DNA from: Chloroflexota bacterium
GTDB taxonomy: Bacteria; Chloroflexota; Dehalococcoidia; GIF9; AB-539-J10
Length of the DNA stretch: 64,000 bases
Assembly (NCBI GenBank): GCA_013388845.1
Contig: JACAEN010000026.1
Location: 101,328-165,327, forward strand
Reading direction: 5' to 3'
Within the stretch, counting starts at the first letter, position 1. Each line of letters begins with the position of its first letter. A program made the translations under genes and the position numbers. This document shows positions 30,300 to 40,201 of this stretch, one piece after another. The notes below the pieces were generated by a model. That model saw nothing but the letters and a program-made list of their open reading frames with translations. It made no database searches and was not told the origin of the DNA.

Positions 30300-31298
30300 A
30301 TGGTGACCAGAAAAACAACAAGTAGAGAAAGAGAGCTCGAATTGAGCAGAGGGGCGGCACGAAAGAACAGCCTGATGATAATATCAGCGGCAATTGTGGT
30401 GGCAGCAGTGCTGCTTTTGGTCCTATTTAACCCGCTGTCAGCCAATCATCGGCCAGCCATCGCCAGTCTGGAAGCTGAGTCGGAGAGAGTTCTTCCTTCG
30501 AGAAGCTGCCAGATTGCGTGTAATGCTTCAGACCGTGATGGCGACGGGCTAAGCTATAACTGGTCGGCTAGTGGAGGTGAAATAAGTGGGGAGGGAGCTA
30601 CGGTTACCTGGACCGCTCCCGACTCTGCAGGCTCCTACAATGTTACAGTAACGGTGACCGATGGCCGCGGTGGCGAAGTCACGAAACAGATAACCATCAC
30701 AGTGAGAGCTAATAAGCCGCCAACCATTACCAGCCTAGGAGCCGGTGCAGACTGGACCACCCCTTTGGATAGTATCCAGGTGACGTGTACTGCTTCAGAC
30801 CCTGATGATGATGAGCTGAACTATGAGTGGTCAACCAGCGGAGGTAATATTACCGGCACGGGACCTGAAGTTATCTGGACTGCTCCCGAAGAAGTTGGCA
30901 TATACCACGTCACAGTTGCGGTTACCGATGGTCACGGTGAAGAAGACACAAGGTTGGTATATCTCAGCGTGTCAAATGATCCTCCGCCAATTATTGAAGA
31001 TCTGATTGTTACTGCCGAGCACCAATACTTGAAGGAAACCACTACTGGGTACAACGTCGGGAAAACAAAAGAATACGATATTGAGTGCATTGCTTCAAAC
31101 ACGAGCGGCGAACTGGTTTATGAATGGTCATGCGATGGTGGCGAGATTTTCGGGGAGGGCTCTATGATTACCTGGACTGCCCCGGATGTGTCCGTTGAAG
31201 TTACAGTCACGGTGGTAGTGACTGATGTCGCTGATAATAGTGTGAGCAAGAGCATAATTCTTAATGTGGTGCCTTGTTCAGCATGCATTTTTGGATAA
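30300..31298 (+). CDS. Membrane-anchored PKD/Ig-like repeat protein
   Basis: N-terminal TM; three repeats of ASDxDxDxLxYxW..GG.I.G.G..V.WTAP...V.VTD; ends PCSACIFG. Confidence 0.78.
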   Translation: MVTRKTTSRERELELSRGAARKNSLMIISAAIVVAAVLLLVLFNPLSANHRPAIASLEAESERVLPSRSCQIACNASDRDGDGLSYNWSASGGEISGEGATVTWTAPDSAGSYNVTVTVTDGRGGEVTKQITITVRANKPPTITSLGAGADWTTPLDSIQVTCTASDPDDDELNYEWSTSGGNITGTGPEVIWTAPEEVGIYHVTVAVTDGHGEEDTRLVYLSVSNDPPPIIEDLIVTAEHQYLKETTTGYNVGKTKEYDIECIASNTSGELVYEWSCDGGEIFGEGSMITWTAPDVSVEVTVTVVVTDVADNSVSKSIILNVVPCSACIFG

Positions 31299-31323
31299 AA
31301 TTAGGGGATAAAGAGAGGAAGAT

Positions 31324-32541
31324 TTGTCCTATGCTATAGCCTTGCGCTGCCGGAAGTGTGGGCGAGAATATCCGTTGGAGCCTCTTAATCTATGTGACTT
31401 CTGTTTTAGTCCGTTAGAGGTGATCTACGACTACAAGTCTATAAGTAAAGCGGTAAGTCGGGAAAAGATTATCAAGGGGCCGCCAAGCATGTGGCGCTAC
31501 AAAGACTTGCTGCCTGTCGATGATGATATAGTGGACATTGGCACGGGATTTACTCCTCTTGTTAAGGCTGATAACTTGGAGCAGGCACTGGGGTTGGAGA
31601 AGCTTTATATTAAAAATGACTGCCTTAACCCAACGTACTCCTTCAAGGACCGGGTGGTCTCGATAGCTATCACCAAGGCACGAGAATTTGGATTTGATAC
31701 CGTGGCTTGTGCCTCAACAGGCAATCTGGCAGCTAGCGTGGCGGCTCATGCCGCCAAAGCAAATATAAAGTCCTATGTTTTCGTTCCCTCCGATGTAGAA
31801 CCAAGTAAGCTGACAGGAATAGCAATCTATAACCCGGTTCTGGTGATTGTTAGGGGAAGTTACGACGATGTCAACCGCCTCTGTAGCCAGTTAGCACAGA
31901 AGTATGATTGGGGGTTCATCAACATTAATCTCCGACCTTACTATGCTGAGGGGAGCAAAACCCTAGGTTATGAAGTAGCTGAGCAACTGGGATGGCTTGC
32001 CCCTGATTGTGTAGTGGCCCCTGCTGCCTCAGGGCTCCTCTTTACCAGGATATGGAAAAGCCTGGACGAGCTTTCTATGCTGGGTTTAATTCAACCAGTC
32101 AATACTCACATGTATGTCACCCAGGCTGCGGGTTCTTCCCCAATTGTCAATGCTTTTGAGGCAGGCACTCTCCATGTGCACCCAGTGAAACCAAATACCA
32201 TCGCCAAGTCTATAGCTATTGGGGACCCGGCCGATGGTTATTATGCATTGAGAGTTGCCCGACAGTCAGGGGGTGGAGCCTGCGCTGTTACCGATGAAGA
32301 AATGGTTGCGGGAATGAAGCTGCTGGCTGAAACTGAAGGCATTTTCGCCGAGACTGCTGGTGGTGTGGTAATAGCTGGGTTGAGAAAGTTAGTAACTTCA
32401 GGAGTAATTAAAAAGGATGAGCTTACAGTGGCTTTCATTACCGGAGCAGGACTCAAAACACAAGAAGTGATAGCCGGAGAAGTGCGTCCCATAGTAATCC
32501 AACCCAACTTGGAATCCTTTGAGGAAATTTTTGGTAAGTGA
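31324..32541 (+). CDS. Threonine synthase-like PLP enzyme (ThrC family, N-terminal Zn ribbon)
   Basis: CRKC..CDFC, GFTPL, NPTYSFKDR, ASTGN, EGSKT, TGAGLK. Confidence 0.9.
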   Translation: MSYAIALRCRKCGREYPLEPLNLCDFCFSPLEVIYDYKSISKAVSREKIIKGPPSMWRYKDLLPVDDDIVDIGTGFTPLVKADNLEQALGLEKLYIKNDCLNPTYSFKDRVVSIAITKAREFGFDTVACASTGNLAASVAAHAAKANIKSYVFVPSDVEPSKLTGIAIYNPVLVIVRGSYDDVNRLCSQLAQKYDWGFININLRPYYAEGSKTLGYEVAEQLGWLAPDCVVAPAASGLLFTRIWKSLDELSMLGLIQPVNTHMYVTQAAGSSPIVNAFEAGTLHVHPVKPNTIAKSIAIGDPADGYYALRVARQSGGGACAVTDEEMVAGMKLLAETEGIFAETAGGVVIAGLRKLVTSGVIKKDELTVAFITGAGLKTQEVIAGEVRPIVIQPNLESFEEIFGK

Positions 32542-32606
32542 GCTTGAGTCTGTAATATCCTACTCGTGTTATAATTTGGTTCTAGGAGAAATATCAGGAG
32601 GACAAG

Positions 32607-32849
32607 ATGGTTAAGCGAAGAGTAAGGTTCACCTTTCCCCCAGAATTGATCAAGGAGCCCATCATTTACAAACTTGGCCAGCAGTTTGAGGTAGTGACCA
32701 ATATCCGCCGTGCCGATATAAATGGAGATAAGGGCTGGGTAGTTCTTGAGTTGGAGGGGGAAGGAGAAGATATCGAGCGTGGAATTGCCTGGGTAACGGC
32801 CAAGGGGGTGAGGGTCGACTCTGTCAGTGGCGACGTGGTGGAGGGCTAA
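32607..32849 (+). CDS. Stand-alone NIL domain protein
   Basis: FTFPPELIKEPIIY...VTNIRRA...GWVVLELEG. Confidence 0.85.
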   Translation: MVKRRVRFTFPPELIKEPIIYKLGQQFEVVTNIRRADINGDKGWVVLELEGEGEDIERGIAWVTAKGVRVDSVSGDVVEG

Positions 32850-32870
32850 GAATATAGTGGGGAGATAGCT

Positions 32871-33881
32871 ATGGATAGATATTCAAGGCAGATACTTGTA
32901 GCAAATATTGGAGAATCTGGCCAGCAGAAACTCTTAAGAAGCAGGGTTCTACTCGTTGGTTGTGGTGCGCTAGGTACAGTGATAGCCAACAACCTTGTTA
33001 GGGCTGGGGTCGGCTATATAAAGATCGTGGACAGGGATTGCGTTGAACTGGATAATCTCCAGCGACAGATGCTATTCGACGAAGAGGATGTGGAAAAGCG
33101 GATGCCCAAGGCATTGGCAGCAGCCAATAAGCTACGCAGGATAAACTCCTCTATAGAAATACAAGCTGAGGTGAAGGATGTTACCCAGAAGAATGTTGAA
33201 TGGTTGGTCAGGGATATAGATATCGTCCTGGATGCGACCGACAACCTCGAAACGCGCCTGCTGATAAATGATGCCTGCTTTAAACATAATATCCCTTGGA
33301 TATATGGTGCTGTGATATCGAGCTGCGGTATGACGATGAATATCATTCCCGGAGAGACAGCTTGCTTTAGGTGTCTCCTTCCTTACGTGCCAGCCCCAGG
33401 TTCCGCTCTTACCTGCGACACCGCCGGAGTGCTGAATGCGATACCGACCGTAATCGCGTCGCTTCAGTCCAATGAGGCGATCAAGATCCTTTTAGGGGAT
33501 AAGCATGTGAATCAGGGACTGCTGGTAATTGACTTGATGGATAATAGCTTCGAGAAAATCCCCGTGGGGAAAAGGGATGATTGCCCATTATGCCGGGACA
33601 GAAAGTTTGAGTATTTAGACAAAAAAGGGTTGAGTGAGCCGATCAAGCTATGCGGGAGGGAGATGGTACAGATCACCCCACAAAGGGAGATGGAGGTCTC
33701 ACTAGAAGATCTCAAGGAAAAGTTAGAGAGGGTAGGCGACGCTTCCTATATGGGATATCTATTAAGGTTCAGTGTGGACAAATATGAACTAATAATTTTC
33801 CCCGATGGGAGAGCTTTTGTGAAAGGCGTTAGTGACAAGGAGACGGCGAGAAGCCTGTACGCTAAGTACATCGGGGTATAG
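32871..33881 (+). CDS. ThiF/MoeB-family adenylyltransferase (E1-like), long form
   Basis: RYSRQ, GCGALG, DNLQRQ, DATDN, CFRC, TCDTAG, CPLC, LCGR extension. Confidence 0.92.
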   Translation: MDRYSRQILVANIGESGQQKLLRSRVLLVGCGALGTVIANNLVRAGVGYIKIVDRDCVELDNLQRQMLFDEEDVEKRMPKALAAANKLRRINSSIEIQAEVKDVTQKNVEWLVRDIDIVLDATDNLETRLLINDACFKHNIPWIYGAVISSCGMTMNIIPGETACFRCLLPYVPAPGSALTCDTAGVLNAIPTVIASLQSNEAIKILLGDKHVNQGLLVIDLMDNSFEKIPVGKRDDCPLCRDRKFEYLDKKGLSEPIKLCGREMVQITPQREMEVSLEDLKEKLERVGDASYMGYLLRFSVDKYELIIFPDGRAFVKGVSDKETARSLYAKYIGV

Positions 33882-33936
33882 GTATGGGGCTTATCATTAG
33901 CACTTCGAGAATGCTAAAAGCAAAGAAAGAGTTAGA

Positions 33937-34221
33937 ATGAGCATCATGGTGAGGATTCCTTCCCTACTGCACCAACAAACAAAGGGGCAGAAGGTAGTGG
34001 ATGTGACAGCAAATGATGCCTTGGAGTGCCTGAATAACTTGGGGGCTCAATCTCCGGGCCTTCAGCGATGGCTCTATGGCAAGCAGAGCGAGTTATGGTC
34101 TCAGGTTCATATTTTCATCAATGGGGAGCAGGCTTCCGTCGGTGAATTATTAAAGTATGGCGATGAACTCTCAATGACGCTTGTCATTGCCGGTGGGATA
34201 GAACTTGTATGGCAACCATGA
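33937..34221 (+). CDS. MoaD/ThiS-like sulfur carrier with extended or frameshifted C-terminus
   Basis: VRIP..L, FING, GDEL..VIAGG followed by IELVWQP; DNA reads GCC GGT GGG A TAG. Confidence 0.7.
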   Translation: MSIMVRIPSLLHQQTKGQKVVDVTANDALECLNNLGAQSPGLQRWLYGKQSELWSQVHIFINGEQASVGELLKYGDELSMTLVIAGGIELVWQP

Positions 34222-35384
34222 AGCGCATATATCTGGATCATGCTGCCACCACGCCAACTCATCCTGAGGTGGTACAGGCCATGCTGCCTTATTTTACTGA
34301 GGCGTTTGGCAATCCTTCGAGTATCTATTCTTATGGACAAGAAGCGAAGGGAGCTATAGAAGAGGCCAGAACTAAGGTAGCGGAATTTATCGGTGCCCGG
34401 AGCGAGGAGATTATCTTTACCAGTGGAGGAACGGAGGCGGATAATTTCGCCCTTAAGGGCATTGCCTATGCCAATGAACATAAAGGGAATCACATCATCA
34501 CTACCGCCATTGAGCACCATGCCGTGATTGAGGCGTGCAAGTTTTTAGAGAGAAGAGGATTCAGGATAACTTACCTGCCGGTGGATAAATACGGCCTGGT
34601 TGACCCTGACGATGTGAAAAGAGCTATTACTGACAAGACTATCCTCATCTCAGTCATGCATGCGAGCAACGAAGTGGGTACTATAGAGCCTATAGGCGAA
34701 ATAGGCAAAATTGCTAAAGAGGCGGACATCTATTTTCACAGCGATGCTGTGCAAACGGTAGGACACATTCCAGTGAATGTGGATGAACTCAAGGTGGACT
34801 TGCTCTCCATTTCAGGGCATAAATTCTACGGGCCCAAGGGAGTGGGGGCGCTGTATGTCAGAAAGGGCACTAGGTTAGTTCCCTTTGTACACGGAGGTGG
34901 GCAGGAAAGGCGGCGGCGCGCTGGTACGGAAAATGTCCCAGCTATCGTGGGGCTGGGCAAGGCGGCGGAGCTGGCTGGGCAGGGGATGGGCAAGGAAGCA
35001 GAACGGTTGGCTTATCTTCGTGATAAGCTGATTAAAGGTCTCAGGGAGAAGATTGACCACACCCGCTTGAATGGTCATCCCACAAGAAGGTTGCCCAACA
35101 ATGTCAATATCAGCGTGGATTTTGTGGAAGGGGAGTCCATGCTTTTGAATCTCGATCTAGAGGGCATCTGTGCTTCCACTGGGTCGGCCTGCAGCTCCTC
35201 AAGCCTAGAGCCGTCCCACGTTCTTCTGGCACTGGGGCTTTCTCCCGAGCAAGCTCACGGTTCGCTCAGGTTCACGCTGGGGCGGGAAAACACGGAAACA
35301 GACGTGGAGCGAGTACTAGAGGTCTTGCCGGGAATTGTCAGCAAGTTGAGAGCCATGTCCCCGCTTTTGAAAACTCAACAGTAG
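34218..35384 (+). CDS. iscS: Cysteine desulfurase IscS/NifS, copy 1
   Basis: [40 protein letters not shown]. Confidence 0.96.
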   Translation: MKRIYLDHAATTPTHPEVVQAMLPYFTEAFGNPSSIYSYGQEAKGAIEEARTKVAEFIGARSEEIIFTSGGTEADNFALKGIAYANEHKGNHIITTAIEHHAVIEACKFLERRGFRITYLPVDKYGLVDPDDVKRAITDKTILISVMHASNEVGTIEPIGEIGKIAKEADIYFHSDAVQTVGHIPVNVDELKVDLLSISGHKFYGPKGVGALYVRKGTRLVPFVHGGGQERRRRAGTENVPAIVGLGKAAELAGQGMGKEAERLAYLRDKLIKGLREKIDHTRLNGHPTRRLPNNVNISVDFVEGESMLLNLDLEGICASTGSACSSSSLEPSHVLLALGLSPEQAHGSLRFTLGRENTETDVERVLEVLPGIVSKLRAMSPLLKTQQ

Positions 35385-35386
35385 GA

Positions 35387-35806
35387 ATGGAACAAATGCC
35401 TGATGTCCCGTCGCAGTACAGCGAGAAGGTAATGGAGCACTTCAAGAATCCCCGCAATGTTGGGGAAATGGAGAACCCGGACGGCGTGGGACGGGTCGGT
35501 AATCCGGTGTGCGGCGATATTATGGAGCTTTACATTAAAGTAAAGGATGGCATCATAGTTGACGCTAAATTCAAGACCTTTGGCTGTGGAGCAGCCATTG
35601 CCACCAGTTCCATGGTCACTGAGATGGTGAAGGGCAAGACTATAGAAGAAGCTCTGAAAATCTCCAACAAAGCAGTAGCCGAAGCTCTGGATGGGCTGCC
35701 GCCGGTCAAGATGCACTGCTCGATCCTGGCTGAGGAGGCGCTTAAATCGGCCATTGAGGATTACTTAGACAACTCAAAGAAGAGAGGAAGAGCCGCAAAA
35801 CGATGA
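35387..35806 (+). CDS. iscU: Fe-S scaffold IscU/NifU-N, copy 1
   Basis: HFKNPRNVG, GNPVCGD, TFGCG, KMHCS. Confidence 0.95.
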   Translation: MEQMPDVPSQYSEKVMEHFKNPRNVGEMENPDGVGRVGNPVCGDIMELYIKVKDGIIVDAKFKTFGCGAAIATSSMVTEMVKGKTIEEALKISNKAVAEALDGLPPVKMHCSILAEEALKSAIEDYLDNSKKRGRAAKR

Positions 35807-35862
35807 TGCATGTGGTAGTGGCCGGTTTTGCCGCATATTGAATTGTAAGCAGAGGGCGGATT

Positions 35863-36264
35863 GTGAGTACAGAAGAGGAAATCTTGAGCTCCAGCCGAGT
35901 TGTAGCTGTGGTTGGGCTTTCCTGGAAACCTCACCGACCAAGCTATAAAGTAGCCAGTTACCTAAAAGAGCAAGGCTATAAGATAATTCCCGTAAACCCC
36001 ACTGAGAAGGAGATATTGGGAGGAGTTTGTTATCCTGCACTCGCATCCATTCCAGAGCCTGTGGATGTAGTTGACATCTTTCGCCGCTCGGAAGAGGTGC
36101 CACCTATTGTAGAAGAGGCAATCAGGATAGGAGCAAAGGCAGTGTGGATGCAGGAAGGAGTGATAAGCGAGGAGGCAGCCGCCCGAGCCAGAGAAGCTGG
36201 ACTCAAGGTGGTTATGGATAAGTGCATGCTTAAGGAGCACCGAAAGCTACACGGTAAAGGATAG
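35863..36264 (+). CDS. CoA-binding domain protein (YccU-like)
   Basis: VAVVGLS, IPVNP, VDIFRRS, VWMQEG, MDKC. Confidence 0.9.
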   Translation: MSTEEEILSSSRVVAVVGLSWKPHRPSYKVASYLKEQGYKIIPVNPTEKEILGGVCYPALASIPEPVDVVDIFRRSEEVPPIVEEAIRIGAKAVWMQEGVISEEAAARAREAGLKVVMDKCMLKEHRKLHGKG

Positions 36265-36468
36265 GTCATAATCGATTTTCGTAGAGGCTTCGGAGAAAAT
36301 TAGCATTCAAAACCGGCTATGTAAGGACAGCCGGGTCATTCTAGACGACGGTATGAAGCGGAGTACAGTCAAAAGAAACGACTTAGGCAGGCAAACGTCG
36401 CCAGAAACAAGCTGTAATGTATATACTGAAGCGGAAGTTAGGGGTACAAGCAGATAAAATCGGGGAAA

Positions 36469-36696
36469 TTGTCGAGGGTGCACGTCGTGAAGGTAAGAGT
36501 AGATAGAGATTTGTGTATTGGAGTGGGTAATTGCGTTGCCTATGCACCAACAGTCTTTGAACTTGACCAGGAGAGCAAAGCAGTAGTTCTTGATCCTTCC
36601 TCGGTTGACGATGATATTCTGTTGGAGGCAGCTAAAAGCTGTCCCGAAAATGCCATCATTGTTGAGGACGATGAAGGACATCAACTTTATCCCTGA
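36469..36696 (+). CDS. Single-cluster ferredoxin (3Fe-4S-type spacing)
   Basis: CIGVGNC...SCPENAI. Confidence 0.85.
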   Translation: MSRVHVVKVRVDRDLCIGVGNCVAYAPTVFELDQESKAVVLDPSSVDDDILLEAAKSCPENAIIVEDDEGHQLYP

Positions 36697-36767
36697 GCTT
36701 GGCAGCAGACTTCGCAGTAAATTCAGGATGCTTGATTCTTTTGGGGTATAATTAAGGAGGTGTCCTT

Positions 36768-37955
36768 ATGAAGAAGGTATATCTGGACAATGCCTCAACT
36801 ACTCCTCTTCTCCCTGAGGTTCGTGAAGCAATGCTGCCCTTTTTAGGAGAGGACTTTGGGAACCCATCCTGTCTTCACGATTGGGGAGATACGGCACGGG
36901 AAGCTATGGAAAATGCTCGGACCGAAGTGGCTCAGCTTATTGGTGCTGACGCTGAGGAAATAATCTTCACCGCCAGTGGCACTGAGAGCAATAACTTCGC
37001 CGTTAAAGGTCTGGCACTAGCGCAACAAAACGAGGGCAAGCATGTAGTAGTCTCAGCTATTGAGCATTTCTCGGTGCTGCACTCAGCGAAGACTCTGGAG
37101 AAATGGGGCTTTGAACTGAGTCTGGTTCCAGTAGACAGGTATGGTGTGATTGACCCCGAGGATGTGCGGCGCAGCATCAGGAAAGATACCGTGCTAGTAT
37201 CCATTATGCACGCTAATAACGAGGTGGGTACTATAGAGCCAATCAAGGAGATTGCCAAAGTCGCCAAGGAAAGAGGCGTGGTTTTCCACACTGACGCCGT
37301 GGCTACTGCGGGCACAATTCCGGTCGATGTAAGGGAGCTAGGGATAGACGCCTTGAGCCTGGCAGGAAACCAGTTCTACGGTCCCAAGGGAGTCGGTGCT
37401 CTTTGGGTACGCAAGGGGGTGCGTATTTTACCTTTCCTCGATGGTGGAGTCCAGGAAGGGGGCCGGCGCGCCGGGACGGAGAACATCCCAGCCATTGTTG
37501 GCTTGGGCAAGGCGGCTGAGTTGGCCAGGATGCATATGAAAACTCGAATAGAGCACCTTAGCCGCCTCCGTAACCGCTTGCTGACAGAATTGCCCAACAA
37601 GATTGACCATGTAGTAGTTACCGGGCACCCCCAGAATCGCCTTCCTGGGCATGCCAGCTTCTGTGTGGAATTTATCGAGGGCGAAGCCATGCTCATGTTA
37701 TTGAACAGCCAAGGGGTTGCTGTCACCAGCGGCTCGGCATGCACCTCGAGAGCGCTTAAAGCGTCACATGTGCTCATTGCCATGGGTTTACCCCATGCGC
37801 TGGCTCAGGGTTCCCTCCTTTTCAGCTTCGGTTTAGATAATACTTCTGAAGATATAGACTACGTCCTTGAAGTGCTGCCTCCCATTGTGGACAGATTGCG
37901 ACAGATGTCGCCACTTTATGCTAAATTTACCAAAACAAGCAAAGGAGGCCAATAA
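36768..37955 (+). CDS. iscS: Cysteine desulfurase IscS/NifS, copy 2
   Basis: [26 protein letters not shown]; the usual HK PLP motif reads [10 protein letters not shown]. Confidence 0.9.
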   Translation: MKKVYLDNASTTPLLPEVREAMLPFLGEDFGNPSCLHDWGDTAREAMENARTEVAQLIGADAEEIIFTASGTESNNFAVKGLALAQQNEGKHVVVSAIEHFSVLHSAKTLEKWGFELSLVPVDRYGVIDPEDVRRSIRKDTVLVSIMHANNEVGTIEPIKEIAKVAKERGVVFHTDAVATAGTIPVDVRELGIDALSLAGNQFYGPKGVGALWVRKGVRILPFLDGGVQEGGRRAGTENIPAIVGLGKAAELARMHMKTRIEHLSRLRNRLLTELPNKIDHVVVTGHPQNRLPGHASFCVEFIEGEAMLMLLNSQGVAVTSGSACTSRALKASHVLIAMGLPHALAQGSLLFSFGLDNTSEDIDYVLEVLPPIVDRLRQMSPLYAKFTKTSKGGQ

Positions 37956-37956
37956 T

Positions 37957-38346
37957 ATGCCAGTTTATAGTGAAAAAGTCATGGAACATTTCATGAACCC
38001 TCGCAATGTTGGAGAGATTGAGAACCCCGATGGTGTTGGGGAGGTAGGCAACCCGGTATGTGGGGATATGATGACCTTCTACATAAAGGTCAAAGATAAC
38101 CGTCTGGAAGATGTTAAGTTCAGGACTTTTGGTTGCGGGGCAGCTATCGCTGTTTCCAGCATGGTGAGCGAGATGGCTAAGGGCAAAACCCTAGAAGAAG
38201 CGCTGAAAATCACGCCCCGCTCAGTGGCCGATGAGCTGGAGGGATTACCCAAGCAAAAATTTCATTGCTCCAATCTGGGTGCTCAAGCTTTAAGGAAAGC
38301 GATAGAAGATTATCTGAGCAAAAAGAAAAAGGGAGGAAAAAAGTGA
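37957..38346 (+). CDS. iscU: Fe-S scaffold IscU/NifU-N, copy 2
   Basis: HFMNPRNVG, GNPVCGD, TFGCG, KFHCS. Confidence 0.95.
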   Translation: MPVYSEKVMEHFMNPRNVGEIENPDGVGEVGNPVCGDMMTFYIKVKDNRLEDVKFRTFGCGAAIAVSSMVSEMAKGKTLEEALKITPRSVADELEGLPKQKFHCSNLGAQALRKAIEDYLSKKKKGGKK

Positions 38347-38531
38347 TGGCAAGGAAAAAAGAGAAAAAAGTGCGCCTTTGTTGTCCCTACTGTGAGCAGG
38401 AGATAATGGAGGCGGATTTCCCGTACTGCCAGGCTTGCCAGGTGACTATTTTTTACTGTCCCAAGTGCCGGAAGCCCCTGCCCCGCGAGAATATGGTATG
38501 CCCTCATTGTGGGGCTGAGATTAAGGGCTGA
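38346..38531 (+). CDS. Small double zinc-ribbon protein
   Basis: Four CxxC pairs (CPYC, CQAC, CPKC, CPHC); TGATG overlap with iscU. Confidence 0.75.
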   Translation: MARKKEKKVRLCCPYCEQEIMEADFPYCQACQVTIFYCPKCRKPLPRENMVCPHCGAEIKG

Positions 38532-38620
38532 GAACTCTTTTCTGCTGAATTCAGAATGAGATATAAGTCACATACAAACATCCCAGCATAAGATATTATT
38601 GTTCCAAAGAGGTTTGGATT

Positions 38621-38872
38621 ATGGTGGATTCTAAGTCACCCAAGCAGGCTCATCACACCTTGGATTGTATAGGACTCTACTGCCCCACGCCAGTGCTAAA
38701 AACTAGACAGGAAATAGACAAACTTGCCATTGGCGAAATTCTGGAGGTACTGGCTGATGATCCGGCTGCTGAGGAGGACCTTAAAGCTTGGGCTAAGCGG
38801 ACCGGGCAAAAAATACTTGAGATAAAGAAAACCAATGAAGGTATGAGATTTCTCATACAAAAGAAGAAATAG
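38621..38872 (+). CDS. TusA/SirA-family sulfurtransferase
   Basis: LDCIGLYCPTP, ADDP, W. Confidence 0.9.
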   Translation: MVDSKSPKQAHHTLDCIGLYCPTPVLKTRQEIDKLAIGEILEVLADDPAAEEDLKAWAKRTGQKILEIKKTNEGMRFLIQKKK

Positions 38873-38882
38873 GAGGTTAACG

Positions 38883-39251
38883 ATGGCTAGGAAAAAGCAT
38901 CTGCTCTACGTTCAAACAAGCGGTGTCGATTCGCCAAAGCGCCTTTACGCGCCTTTCGTCTTGGCCACGACAGCTAGGGCCATGGATATTGATGCTACCA
39001 TCTATTTCCTGGGTCTGGGAATAACAGTGGTAAAGAAGGGTATGGCTGAGACGGTTAAAGAGGGCAACTTCCCCAGCCTGAGGGAGATAATGGACCAGGC
39101 TATAAAGGCCGGGGTAAAACTGCTGGTCTGTGAACAAAGTACCCAGTTGCTTCGCATGGAAAGGGGAGACTTCATACCAGAGGCCAAGGTTGTCGGCGCT
39201 GCCACACTCAATGACTTAGTTCTGGAAGCCGATGGCACTATGTGGTTCTAG
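38883..39251 (+). CDS. DsrE/DsrF-like sulfur relay protein
   Basis: APFVLATTA, IYF, GVKLLVCEQS, GAAT. Confidence 0.82.
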   Translation: MARKKHLLYVQTSGVDSPKRLYAPFVLATTARAMDIDATIYFLGLGITVVKKGMAETVKEGNFPSLREIMDQAIKAGVKLLVCEQSTQLLRMERGDFIPEAKVVGAATLNDLVLEADGTMWF

Positions 39252-39426
39252 GTAAAGCAGGAACAGTCTTGTTTGGCTCACCTGGTACCGCTGGAACTAT
39301 CCAAAAAAACAGCTTTCTGCTTGCTTGGTGGTGGTTAGACATCTCAGGCAGTGTCCCGTCTAAGGCTTATTGCCATTTCTTGATAGGTGAATGAACTATC
39401 GCTGCGCAAATGTCAGGAGGTTAATT

Positions 39427-40185
39427 ATGAAGGAAAAGGAAATCAAAAAAGTGGTGAAGAGTAGATATGCTCGGATAGCTAAGCAAGACCAAGAAACCTG
39501 TTGCCCGAGCTGTGGATTGGGTATCAGTCCTCTGGTGCAAGCTGAAGCTATCGGATACTCCAAGGAGGATTTAAGCCGTATTCCGAAAGAGGCGATTATG
39601 AGGTTGGGGTGTGGCAATCCCAGTGCAATAGCAGAGCTAAAAACGGGTGAGGTGGTTCTGGATTTAGGTTCAGGAGCCGGGGTAGATGTGTTCTTGGCAG
39701 CTAACAAAGTTGGTCCGACTGGCAAGGTTATCGGGGTGGATATGACGAAAGAGATGGTGAATAAGGCAGGGCAAATCGCTAGGAAATACGGTTACGGTAA
39801 CGCGGAGTTTCGCTTGGGGGAAATTGAGAGGCTCCCTCTGGAGGATGAATCTGTGGATGCCATTATCAGCAACTGTGTTATCAATCTTTCCCCGGATAAG
39901 TCAAGAGTCTTCAAGGAAGCCTATCGGGTATTGAAGTCTGGAGGAAGGCTCATCGTTTCTGATATTGTGTCGGAGGGTGCCATTCCTGACCAAATAAAGA
40001 CTGACGCGGATGCCTGGGCATGTTGTATCGGCGGGGCTTTAGAGCAGCAGGAGTATTTGGAAAAGATAAAGGAAGCTGGCTTTAGGAATGTGCAGGTGAT
40101 GTCCAGAAAAGAGTTCTATGTAGAAGGCGAGGCAAGCCAAACGCTGGGGAAGCTTCTGAGCATTATCGTGAAGGCATACAAGTGA
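39427..40185 (+). CDS. arsM: Arsenite methyltransferase-like SAM methyltransferase
   Basis: N-terminal CCPSC, LGCGNP, LDLGSGAG, ISNCVINL, WACCIGGA. Confidence 0.88.
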   Translation: MKEKEIKKVVKSRYARIAKQDQETCCPSCGLGISPLVQAEAIGYSKEDLSRIPKEAIMRLGCGNPSAIAELKTGEVVLDLGSGAGVDVFLAANKVGPTGKVIGVDMTKEMVNKAGQIARKYGYGNAEFRLGEIERLPLEDESVDAIISNCVINLSPDKSRVFKEAYRVLKSGGRLIVSDIVSEGAIPDQIKTDADAWACCIGGALEQQEYLEKIKEAGFRNVQVMSRKEFYVEGEASQTLGKLLSIIVKAYK

Positions 40186-40201
40186 GGAAATAAGCCGCAA
40201 T

